Assembly (NCBI GenBank): GCA_050694175.1
Contig: JBOGXA010000002.1
Location: 82,796 to 146,795 of the forward strand
Source of the DNA: Actinomycetota bacterium
Lineage (GTDB): Bacteria > Actinomycetota > CADDZG01 > WHSQ01
Length of the DNA: 64,000 bases
Direction of reading: 5' to 3'
The notes below the pieces were generated by a model. That model was not told the DNA's origin and made no database searches. It worked only from the letters and a program-made list of their open reading frames with translations. The translations under genes were made by a program, and so were the position numbers. Shown here piece by piece: positions 1-7,716 of this stretch; position 1 is the first letter of the stretch, and each line of letters begins with the position of its first letter.

Positions 1-144
1 CGGCGGGACTGCAAGGGGATCTGCGCCCGCTGTGGCGCCGCCCTCAACGACGGGGAGTGTGACTGCCGGGAGGACGGGACCGATCCCCGCTGGGCCCCAC
101 TGGACGCCCTGCGAGCCAAGTTGGAAGACCGCTCGACGGCCTGA
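1..144 (+). CDS. DUF177/YceD-family protein, C-terminal fragment (5' end outside window)
   Basis: Frame 1 reads ...CKGICPRCGAALNDGECDCREDGTDPRWAPLDALRAKLEDRSTA*. The Cys-rich tail and the position directly upstream of rpmF match the classic yceD-rpmF pair. Confidence 0.65.
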   Translation, partial: RRDCKGICARCGAALNDGECDCREDGTDPRWAPLDALRAKLEDRSTA

Positions 145-177
145 GGGCCGTTCGCGAAAGCTAAAAAGGAGGCGGAG

Positions 178-354
178 ATGGCTGTTCCGAAGCGACGGAA
201 GACTCGATCGAAGATGCGAATGCGGCGCGCCCACTGGCGGACGGAAGCGCCGACCTACTCCGCATGCCCCCAGTGCCGTCAGCCGAAGCTGCCCCACAGG
301 GTATGCCCGAACTGCGGGTTCTATGCCGGACGCCAGGTCATCGAGACCGAATAG
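178..354 (+). CDS. rpmF: 50S ribosomal protein L32
   Basis: ATG at 178 is preceded by AAAAAGGAGG. It translates to MAVPKRRKTRSKMRMRRAHW...CPQCRQPKLPHRVCPNCGFYAGRQVIETE*. At 58 aa it is too short to appear in the ORF track. Confidence 0.95.
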   Translation: MAVPKRRKTRSKMRMRRAHWRTEAPTYSACPQCRQPKLPHRVCPNCGFYAGRQVIETE

Positions 355-1114
355 CGCCGCGGGGCGCGCTGCGGCCCAGGGGCAGGCGGCCGTTCCGTCG
401 GGGCTCGAAAGATTGGGTGTCCCGCCGTCTGGCGGCGGGCTCTACGACCTCGCGCTCACCCACAGATCGTTTGCGTTCGAGCAGTCGAGTCCGGTCCCGC
501 ACAACGAGCGGCTCGAGTTCCTCGGCGATTCAGTGCTGGGTGTGGTCGTCACAGGACTGATCTTCGACAGATACCCCGAGCTCAGCGAGGGGGAGATGGC
601 GAGGTTGCGGGCCTCGGTGGTCAATACGGGGGCACTGGCGGAGGTCGCGCGCTCGATCGGCCTTGGCGATTACATCCGGCTCGGAAAAGGTGAAGAGGCG
701 TCGGGGGGCCGGAACAAGGACTCGCTGCTCGCCGACACCCTCGAAGCGGTCGTGGGGGCCGTGTATCTCGATCGCGGGATCGCCGCCGTGGAGGCAGCCC
801 TCGTCCCGTTGTTTGTCGGTCCTCTCGATACTCGCGTTGCCGCCGGAAGCCGCTACGACGCGAAGACGGCGCTCCAGGAGATAGCGGTGCGAGACTTCGG
901 GAGCTTCCCGTCGTATCGGGTCGAGGCAACGGGGCCCGATCACGACAAGCGGTTCGAGGCATGCGTCTATCTCAAGGACCACTTGAGCGGGCGGGGTCGG
1001 GGGCGAAGCAAAAAAGAGGCCGAGCAGAACGCCGCGCGCGAGGCGCTGGCTCACCTCGACGGGGCTCGGCGTCTCGATGATCTCGACAGGGGGAGCGATG
1101 CCTTCGCTTCCTGA
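323..1114 (+). CDS. rnc: Ribonuclease III
   Basis: RNase III signature HNERLEFLGDSVLG, followed by a dsRBD-like C-terminus (GRGRGRSKKEAEQNAAREAL). The track ORF begins at 32 and overlaps rpmF. The only in-frame starts before the conserved LERLG... segment are ATG 323 and TTG about 412, so the start is uncertain. Confidence 0.9.
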   Translation: MPDARSSRPNSAAGRAAAQGQAAVPSGLERLGVPPSGGGLYDLALTHRSFAFEQSSPVPHNERLEFLGDSVLGVVVTGLIFDRYPELSEGEMARLRASVVNTGALAEVARSIGLGDYIRLGKGEEASGGRNKDSLLADTLEAVVGAVYLDRGIAAVEAALVPLFVGPLDTRVAAGSRYDAKTALQEIAVRDFGSFPSYRVEATGPDHDKRFEACVYLKDHLSGRGRGRSKKEAEQNAAREALAHLDGARRLDDLDRGSDAFAS

Positions 1115-1949
1115 GATCGAGGTGATCCGCAGGGACCTGGAGAAGGAGGTGGTCGGCCGCCGCATCAAGGAGGCCGAAGTACGCCCCACGCGCAACGCGA
1201 TGAAGGTCATCCGCCGTCACGGCCGCCGCAAGGAGTTCCAGGACATGCTCGTGGGGGCCAAGGTCGACGGGATCGAAAGGTCGGGCCGGCTTCTTTTCTT
1301 CGATCTCGATAACGACAACGTGTTCGTGGTCGACCTCGGAACGACCGGGCGGCTGTTGAAGACGAGCGCGTCGGAGGCGATCGCGCCCCACACGCACATC
1401 GTCCTCTCCTTCACGATAGGTGGCCAGCTCCGCGTTCTCGATTCGAAGCTCACCGGAGAGGTCTTCGTGGCGCCCGCCGGCGATGTAGCGGCGATGCCCG
1501 AGCTGAAGACGACCGCGCTCGATCCCCTCGACAATCAGAGTCCTCTGACGTGGCAGGCGTTCTCGAGCCTGCTCGAGGAGCATGGGCGCACGATGAAGGA
1601 GCTGCTGACCGACGAGCGCTTCATCGTCGGGCTCGGCGAAATCTACTCCGACGAGGTGCTATTCGCTGCCGGCCTGCGGTACGACCGCTCGTCCGACAGG
1701 CTGACGTCTCAGGACGTGCGGCGGCTCTACCGGGCGTTGCTCGAGACTGCCCAGGAAGCCGTCAAGGCGCGCGGGACGAGTTGGGGCGCCGACGGGTTCA
1801 GGGACCTCCAGGGAAATGAAGGCATGTTCCAGATCGAGCTCAAGGTCTACGAGCGCGCCGGCGAGCCGTGCAGGAGATGCCGCAACCAGATCGAAAGGGC
1901 TGAGTTCAACGGCGGTGCCAGCTATTTCTGCCCACAGTGTCAGTCATGA
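1098..1949 (+). CDS. mutM: Formamidopyrimidine-DNA glycosylase (Fpg/MutM family)
   Basis: The N-terminus MPSLPEIEV provides the catalytic Pro2 and Glu. The C-terminal zinc finger is CRRCRNQIERAEFNGGASYFCPQCQ. The start was moved to ATG 1098, inside track ORF 1077..1949. Confidence 0.92.
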   Translation: MPSLPEIEVIRRDLEKEVVGRRIKEAEVRPTRNAMKVIRRHGRRKEFQDMLVGAKVDGIERSGRLLFFDLDNDNVFVVDLGTTGRLLKTSASEAIAPHTHIVLSFTIGGQLRVLDSKLTGEVFVAPAGDVAAMPELKTTALDPLDNQSPLTWQAFSSLLEEHGRTMKELLTDERFIVGLGEIYSDEVLFAAGLRYDRSSDRLTSQDVRRLYRALLETAQEAVKARGTSWGADGFRDLQGNEGMFQIELKVYERAGEPCRRCRNQIERAEFNGGASYFCPQCQS

Positions 1950-1991
1950 GTCGAATCCAAAGCACGCGGCGTAGCTACAGGAGGCAGGGAA

Positions 1992-2267
1992 GTGGAGGAT
2001 AGAACCCGGGTCCACGTGTTCGTGAATGGGGATCTGGCTGGCACAGACTTCCGCCAGGCCATTGCCGAGAAGGCCATCGAGCAGGGCGTCGCAGGGTGGG
2101 TCAAGAAGCTGGGCGACGGTCGCATCGAAGCCGTTCTCGAGGGCCCCCGCGACGAGGTCTACCGGGTGGTGGGCCTGTGCCGGGCCGGGCCCGAGGGGGC
2201 CAAGGTGTCGGGCGTCCAGGTCGATCGAGAGCCCCCCAGGAACGAGCGGAACTTCAAGATCAAGTAG
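1992..2267 (+). CDS. Acylphosphatase-like protein
   Basis: 91 aa with an acylphosphatase layout (VHVFVNG....FR....A...GVAGWVKKLGDGRIEAVLEGPRDEV...GP..AKVSGVQV). The usual GxVQGVxFR loop reads GDLAGTDFR here. Confidence 0.75.
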   Translation: MEDRTRVHVFVNGDLAGTDFRQAIAEKAIEQGVAGWVKKLGDGRIEAVLEGPRDEVYRVVGLCRAGPEGAKVSGVQVDREPPRNERNFKIK

Positions 2268-2268
2268 G

Positions 2269-2318
2269 GGCGGGGAGGCCGCGCCTGCCCTCCGGGCCCG
2301 GGGCCGCGCCTCCCCGCC
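2269..2318 (+). terminator. GC-rich hairpin downstream of the acylphosphatase gene
   Basis: GGCGGGGAGGC (2269-2279) pairs with GCCTCCCCGCC (2308-2318). There is no clear U-tract. Confidence 0.3.
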
Positions 2319-2341
2319 TCCTCGCCTCCCGATCGAACCTA

Positions 2342-2383
2342 TGCGCGCCATGTCTCCCAGAATGTGATCGGGCGCGCAAAGTT
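2342..2383. repeat. 42-bp direct repeat, copy A (contains an 8-bp inverted repeat TGCGCGCC/GGCGCGCA)
   Basis: tgcgcgccatgtctcccagaatgtgatcgggcgcgcaaagtt matches copy B at 3393-3434 in 36 of 42 positions by hand alignment. Confidence 0.8.
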
Positions 2384-2397
2384 GCCCGGAGCGGGTG

Positions 2398-3348
2398 CTA
2401 AGCGGCGGGTTGGTTGCGCTCCCACGCGCGCCGAAGGTTCGACAGAAACTCATGAGGCGAAGGGAGGTCGGCCCACGTGAACCTCAAAACCGCCCACCCC
2501 AAAGCGATCAATTGGTTGTGACGCGTCTGCTCGCGCCGCCACTGCTCGGGATTCGAATGCCATCGGTAGCTGTCCGCCTCGATGATGATCATCCGCTCCG
2601 GGTAGCAGAAATCGGGCCGGGCGACGAACCGGCCCTCGTGCCATACCTCGAACTGTTGAAGCGGATGGGGGAAGCCCGCCTTCTTCAACAATGCGAAGAG
2701 GTCGACCTCGAAGCCGGTCGCGGCGATGCCCGGCTCGCCCGCCCGGGCTTCCACGAGCTTGCGGAACAATGCGGTCCCACGACGCCCCCGCCTGCCGTTG
2801 CGCAACAGCTGGTCCTCCAAGGCGGGCATGGTCACGAGCCGCTTGTGCAAGAGGGTCGATAGTGTCCTCTCGACTACGGCAGGCGGAAGGCGTCCGGCGA
2901 CATCCAAGAGGGTCCGCGGCGCCGTGGTCACGGGAAGCGCGTCGATAGCCGAGACGTCTCGCCGGCCGAGCTCGGTGACTCTCTGTAATTCGATCCAGCT
3001 GCGCGCCGGCCGGAGGCCTCTCGTAACGATCAGGTGTACGGACTTCTCCGCCCGGAATTCCTCGACCCCGAGGAGCGCGGCCGCGGTTAGGCCCGAGAAC
3101 ACTGCGTGGGGTCCCAAGGAGAGGTGTGCCGCGTAGATCCGTTGCAGCCACGACGACGGTGCTCCGGCAAAGGCGAAAACCCGCGGCATGACGAGGGACC
3201 AGGTGCCCGACCGCCGCCGGTAGGAGATCTGCTGACGCGTGAGGCCGGTGCCCAGGGCCTGAGCGGCCGAGATGACGCCCATTTGCCGCTGAGCCATTTG
3301 GGCACAGGCCCAATCGGGGTCCGATGTAGGAAGCTTCATGCAAGCCAT
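2398..3348 (-). CDS. DUF559 / Vsr-like endonuclease-domain protein with an AbiEi-like N-terminal domain
   Basis: C-terminus ...FEVWHEGRFVARPDFCYPERMIIIEADSYRWHSNPEQWRREQTRHNQLIALGWAVLRFTWADL is typical of DUF559. The N-terminal part (GVISAAQALGTGLTRQQISYRRRSGTW) resembles the AbiEi_4 HTH. The track ORF runs to 3711 but would collide with smc, so I chose ATG 3348. ATG 3339 or 3402 are alternatives. Confidence 0.75.
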   Translation of the reverse strand: MACMKLPTSDPDWACAQMAQRQMGVISAAQALGTGLTRQQISYRRRSGTWSLVMPRVFAFAGAPSSWLQRIYAAHLSLGPHAVFSGLTAAALLGVEEFRAEKSVHLIVTRGLRPARSWIELQRVTELGRRDVSAIDALPVTTAPRTLLDVAGRLPPAVVERTLSTLLHKRLVTMPALEDQLLRNGRRGRRGTALFRKLVEARAGEPGIAATGFEVDLFALLKKAGFPHPLQQFEVWHEGRFVARPDFCYPERMIIIEADSYRWHSNPEQWRREQTRHNQLIALGWAVLRFTWADLPSPHEFLSNLRRAWERNQPAA

Positions 3349-3392
3349 GCGATCACGAGGGTGCGACGCAACACGCTCCCGGCAACCAACTT

Positions 3393-3434
3393 TGCGCGCC
3401 ATGTCTTCGAGGTTGTGACTGGGCGCGCAAAGTT
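3393..3434. repeat. 42-bp direct repeat, copy B (12-bp inverted repeat ACTTTGCGCGCC/GGCGCGCAAAGT when extended to 3389)
   Basis: tgcgcgccatgtcttcgaggttgtgactgggcgcgcaaagtt. It lies about 85 nt upstream of the smc start and about 45 nt upstream of the DUF559 start. Confidence 0.8.
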
Positions 3435-3517
3435 CGGTCACGCGGCCCCTCGCGGCGGCCTCCACGCCGCCGGCGGATTTCCGGGGGCCCGGCCGGCTCC
3501 GCTGGTAGCGTGCCCAT

Positions 3518-6500
3518 ATGTTCATCAAGAGCGTCCGGATGGCCGGGTTCAAGTCCTTCGCCGATCCGACCATCCTCGAGTTCGAGCGTGGAGTGAACGT
3601 CATCGTGGGCCCCAACGGCTCGGGCAAATCCAACATCGCCGACGCCCTGTCGTGGGTTCTCGGTTCCCAGGCTCCCTCGAACCTCCGGGGAGGGTCGATG
3701 GAGGACGTCATCTTCGCCGGGTCTCAGGACCGGCCCCGCCTGGGAGTGGCCGACGTCGAGCTCATCTTCGACAACGCCTCTCGGATCCTCCCGCTCAACC
3801 TCAACGAGGTGAGCATCGCTCGCTCGAGCGATCGCACGGGCGCGTCCGAGTACCGCATCAATGGAGCGCCCTGCCGGTTGCTCGACGTCGCCGAGTTGCT
3901 GTCCGACACGGGCATCGGCCGGAGCATCCACACCGTCGTGGGACAGGGCCAGCTCGACGCGATCTTGGGGGCCCGGCCCGAGGAACGCCGGACCTTCATC
4001 GAGGAGGCGGCCCAGATCGGCAAGTACCGACGCAGGAAGGACCGATCGCTGAGAAAGATCGAGCGCGTCGACGACAACCTCACCCGCCTCAACGACGTTC
4101 TCTCGGAACTGCGGCGGGCGATCCGGCCGCTCAAGCGTCAAGCAACCGCCGCCGCCGAGTATTCGGACCTCCTCGGCGAGCAACGCAGCCTTCGCCAGCG
4201 CCTCGCCGCGACCGAGATCAACCGCCTGACAACGGACGCCGGGGGAGACCCCGCCGAGGAGACCCAACGTGCGCGCCTGCTGTCCGATGAGCTCGCCAGT
4301 GTTCGGGCCCGGCTGGAGGGGGCCGCGGCCGAACGACGGCGCCTGACCGAGAGGGCCGAGTCGGTCCGTGCCGTGCGCGACCGGATGACCCGGTCCGTGG
4401 ATCGCCTGGGCTCCCTGGCCCGGTTCGCCGACGAGCGGGCCGAAAAGATGGCGGCGCGCCTGGCCGCCGAAACCGAGGAAGGATATCGGGAGCGGATCAG
4501 GCTGCTCGAGGCAGATCGCGAGGGGATGGCAGCGAAGCTCGCCCGGTTGCAAGGGGAGTCCGAGTCTGCCGCAGCGACCTCTCGGGGCGCGTCGGCGGCG
4601 CTCGAGTCGGCTCGGGCGCGCCGGGAAAAGACCGAGCGACGACTGGCGCGGGCGAGAGCCGATGAGACCATCGCCGATCAGGCGCTCGTAAGGGCCGAGG
4701 GCGTCGTCGCCGCGGGGGATTCCACGCTTGGGGCCATCGAGGCCCGAGTTCAGGCGGTCGTTGAACGACGCGACATCGCGGCTCGCGAGTTCGACGACGC
4801 GGGCCGCGCCCTCGACGCGACCGAAACGGAGATCCGCGCGCTCGAGACCGAGCTCGACGGTAAAGCAGAAGCCGCTGCGACCGCGGAGGTACGGCTCGAA
4901 GAGGCGCGTGAGCGCGCCGAGGGTCTCAAGGACCAATTGAACCTGTCGCACGCGGCGGGGGCCGCGGCCGGCGCGCGGCTGGCCGCACTCGAAGAGGTGG
5001 CCGAGCTGTTCGCGGACATGGCCGACGCCGTAGGACGATTGCGCGGCCTCCTCGACGATGCTGCGCGCCGCGCCGAGCTGGCGCGCGCCTCGGAGGACCG
5101 TGCCCGCGACATCGTGGGCGCGGCCGACGACGAGGTCGAGAAAAAGTGGCTGGAGGTCGTGGCACACGACGACGAGCTGCGACGGCTGGACGCGCTGGTA
5201 TCGGGTGCGGCCGAGCGCCTTGCCGGTTGCCGGCGACGCCGGGAACAGCGGGAGATCGAGCTGGCCGCGCTCGACGAGGAGCTAGCGCGGGCGCGCGACG
5301 CACTGGCCGCGGCTCAGAGGGCCGCTGCCGAGGAGCGGGCGGCGTTGCCCGCCCGGCGCGCCGAACTCGAGCGCGTTCGTTCGGACCGGGAGGAGATCGA
5401 GCGAACGCATATAGACGCCCGTCGGGAGGAGGCCGACGCGCTCGCATCTCTGACCGCAGCTCAGATGGATAGCCGGGGGGCCGAGGAGCGCGCTCTCGCG
5501 GCCCAGCTCCGGGTGGAGGAGACCGAAACGGGCATTGCCGACGCGGAAGCTGCGCTCGCCGGGCTCGAGGATCTGCGTGACTCCCTGCGCTCTGCCGTCG
5601 AGCGCGCCCGAGGCGTGTCCCGGCTTGCGGCCGCAGCGGCCGAGCGAGGCTCGATGTGGCTTCGCCGGGCGTCGGAGGCAACTCGATCGGCGCAGGCCGC
5701 GGCCGAGACTACAGAGCGCAAGCTTGTGGGCCTCAGATCCAGGGAGAGAGAGCTCGCGGAGCATCTCGAGGAGGTCGTCCGGCGACGCAATCAGGCCGAG
5801 ATAAGACGGGCTGAGAACACCGCCCGCATCAACGCGATCGCCGAACGGGCGATGGACGACTGGGGCATGCTCCCCGCCGACCTCGAGCGCCTCGAGGGGT
5901 TCGGTGACGACGCCCAAGAATCAGACGCGCGGGGCCGCGTCGAGCAGCTCGAGCGTCGCATCCGCCGGCTCGGCCCCGTTAACCCGCGCGCGGCCGAGGA
6001 GTACTCCGAGCTCTCCGAGCGAGAGGATTTCCTGGTCGCACAGATCGAGGACCTGAAGACATCGCGCCGCGACCTCATGAAGGTGGTACGTGACATAGAC
6101 CAGACGATCATCGAGGTCTTCGGCGCGGCGTTCGACACGGTCGCCCGCGAGTTCGAGACGGTCTTTGGCCGCCTGTTCCCGGGTGGGGCCGGAAAACTCA
6201 CGCTGACTGATCCCAACGACCTTCTGGCCGGTGGAATCGAGGTCGATGCGCGGCCACCGGGAAAGAACGTCCGTAAGTTGTCGCTGCTCTCGGGTGGCGA
6301 GCGTTCCCTGGTCGCGCTCGCGTTCCTATTTGCGATCTTTCGGGCCAAGCCGTCGCCTTTCTATCTCCTCGACGAGGTCGAGGCCGCGCTCGACGACATC
6401 AACCTGCAACGCTTCCTGGGTCTGATTGCCGAGCTCGAGGAGCACGCGCAGGTTCTGATCGTTACGCACCAGAAGCGCACGATGGAGGCGGCCGACGTCC

Positions 6501-6577
6501 TCTACGGCGTTTCGATGAACCAGGAAGGTGTTTCCCGAGTCGTCGCCAAGCGGATGGAGGAAGTGACTCGACGCTAG
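3518..6577 (+). CDS. smc: Chromosome segregation protein SMC (short, 1019 aa)
   Basis: N-terminal head FKSF...GPNGSGKSNIADA (Walker A). C-terminal LSGGERSLVALAFLFAIF...FYLLDEVEAALDD (signature plus Walker B). The long Ala/Arg/Glu coiled coil lies between them. Confidence 0.93.
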   Translation: MFIKSVRMAGFKSFADPTILEFERGVNVIVGPNGSGKSNIADALSWVLGSQAPSNLRGGSMEDVIFAGSQDRPRLGVADVELIFDNASRILPLNLNEVSIARSSDRTGASEYRINGAPCRLLDVAELLSDTGIGRSIHTVVGQGQLDAILGARPEERRTFIEEAAQIGKYRRRKDRSLRKIERVDDNLTRLNDVLSELRRAIRPLKRQATAAAEYSDLLGEQRSLRQRLAATEINRLTTDAGGDPAEETQRARLLSDELASVRARLEGAAAERRRLTERAESVRAVRDRMTRSVDRLGSLARFADERAEKMAARLAAETEEGYRERIRLLEADREGMAAKLARLQGESESAAATSRGASAALESARARREKTERRLARARADETIADQALVRAEGVVAAGDSTLGAIEARVQAVVERRDIAAREFDDAGRALDATETEIRALETELDGKAEAAATAEVRLEEARERAEGLKDQLNLSHAAGAAAGARLAALEEVAELFADMADAVGRLRGLLDDAARRAELARASEDRARDIVGAADDEVEKKWLEVVAHDDELRRLDALVSGAAERLAGCRRRREQREIELAALDEELARARDALAAAQRAAAEERAALPARRAELERVRSDREEIERTHIDARREEADALASLTAAQMDSRGAEERALAAQLRVEETETGIADAEAALAGLEDLRDSLRSAVERARGVSRLAAAAAERGSMWLRRASEATRSAQAAAETTERKLVGLRSRERELAEHLEEVVRRRNQAEIRRAENTARINAIAERAMDDWGMLPADLERLEGFGDDAQESDARGRVEQLERRIRRLGPVNPRAAEEYSELSEREDFLVAQIEDLKTSRRDLMKVVRDIDQTIIEVFGAAFDTVAREFETVFGRLFPGGAGKLTLTDPNDLLAGGIEVDARPPGKNVRKLSLLSGGERSLVALAFLFAIFRAKPSPFYLLDEVEAALDDINLQRFLGLIAELEEHAQVLIVTHQKRTMEAADVLYGVSMNQEGVSRVVAKRMEEVTRR

Positions 6578-6655
6578 GTGGTCTGCGGGAATAGTTCCCG
6601 TCGAACTCAGGTGCGACAGACCGGAGCGCCTATTGATCGAGCCTTCGTTTAGCCT

Positions 6656-7714
6656 GTGGGGATGCCGGAGGGAATCGTGCCCGAACTGCTGATCACTGCG
6701 GCCCTCGTGCTCGTTGTGGGGGCCGTTTTCTTCCTCACCCGGCCTCGCAAGCCGAAGGCGCCACCCGAGGAACGGCCGGCCGCGCCCCCGCCCGAGGCCG
6801 AGGTCGCGCCGGCCCGAGAGCGGCCGAGCCTGCGCGACCGGCTCCGTCGCAGCCGGGTATTCCTGTCGGATCGGCTCGCCGACGCACTTGGGGCCGGCCC
6901 CGGCGACGACGCCTGGGAGGACCTCGAGGCGGCGCTGATACAGGCCGATGTCGGAGTCGACGTCGCTACTCGCGTGGTGGCCGACCTACGCACGCAGGCG
7001 CGCGAGCGCAACGCCACCGAGCCGGACGAGCTGCGCGGGCTTCTCGCCGCCGAGCTTGTGACGATGTTCGCGTCCGACGCCGACCGCGCACTGGCCTTTG
7101 CGCCCGAACGTCCCACCGTGTGGCTCGTCGTAGGCGTGAACGGAACCGGCAAGACCACCACGATAGGCAAGCTTGCGGCCGACCTCCGGGCTCACGAACG
7201 GACGGTCGCGCTCGCCGCAGCCGACACGTTCCGGGCCGCTGCGGACGAGCAGCTCGGCGTGTGGGCTGAGCGTGCGGGCGCATCTCTCGTCAAGCACAAG
7301 CCGGGAGCGGACCCCGGAGCGGTTGCATACGACGCTTACCAACACGCCCGCGCGAAAAACATCGACGTCCTGATCGTGGACACGGCGGGTCGCTTGCACA
7401 CGAAGACGCCTTTGATGGACGAGCTAGCCAAGGTACGGCGCGTGGTCGAGAAGGAAGGGGAGGTCACCGAAGCTCTGCTGGTGATCGACGCGACCGCGGG
7501 GCAGAACGGGCTCGCGCAGGCTCGACAGTTCGCGGAGGCGGCAGGCGTGACCGGTGTCGTGCTCGCCAAGCTGGACGGCACGGCGAAAGGCGGTATCGCG
7601 GTGGCGATCGAGAACGAACTCGACATCCCGATCAAGCTCATTGGAGTCGGCGAGGGCATCGATGACCTGGAGCCATTCGATCCCAAGACGTTCATCGACG
7701 CTCTGCTCTCGTAA
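6656..7714 (+). CDS. ftsY: Signal recognition particle receptor FtsY
   Basis: N-terminal TM segment, acidic/Pro linker, NG domain with GVNGTGKTTTIGKLA, DTAGR and a TKLDGTAKGG-like motif (AKLDGTAKGG). ATG 6662 is an alternative start. Confidence 0.93.
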   Translation: MGMPEGIVPELLITAALVLVVGAVFFLTRPRKPKAPPEERPAAPPPEAEVAPARERPSLRDRLRRSRVFLSDRLADALGAGPGDDAWEDLEAALIQADVGVDVATRVVADLRTQARERNATEPDELRGLLAAELVTMFASDADRALAFAPERPTVWLVVGVNGTGKTTTIGKLAADLRAHERTVALAAADTFRAAADEQLGVWAERAGASLVKHKPGADPGAVAYDAYQHARAKNIDVLIVDTAGRLHTKTPLMDELAKVRRVVEKEGEVTEALLVIDATAGQNGLAQARQFAEAAGVTGVVLAKLDGTAKGGIAVAIENELDIPIKLIGVGEGIDDLEPFDPKTFIDALLS

Positions 7715-7716
7715 CC

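Noticed and set aside
32-322. N-terminal extensions in the ORF track, such as rnc from 32, gap from 23725, tpiA from 28137, pafA from 46527, helY from 55370 and the 62564..63934 ORF.
   Set aside because: The track takes the first ATG, GTG or TTG in each open frame. The extensions overlap upstream genes and are Arg/Pro-rich, and conserved N-termini or 4-nt coupling overlaps point to internal starts.
3353-5167. 604-aa reverse-strand ORF opposite smc. Similar long antisense or alternate-frame ORFs occur at 9324..10355, 14950..15984, 19526..20878, 22766..23545, 55361..56482, 56612..57655, 58746..59753 and 60167..61075.
   Set aside because: These are shadow ORFs typical of high-GC DNA. They are Arg/Gly/Pro/Ala-rich and low in complexity, have no motifs or RBS, and each lies entirely inside a gene with a clear family identity on the other strand or frame.
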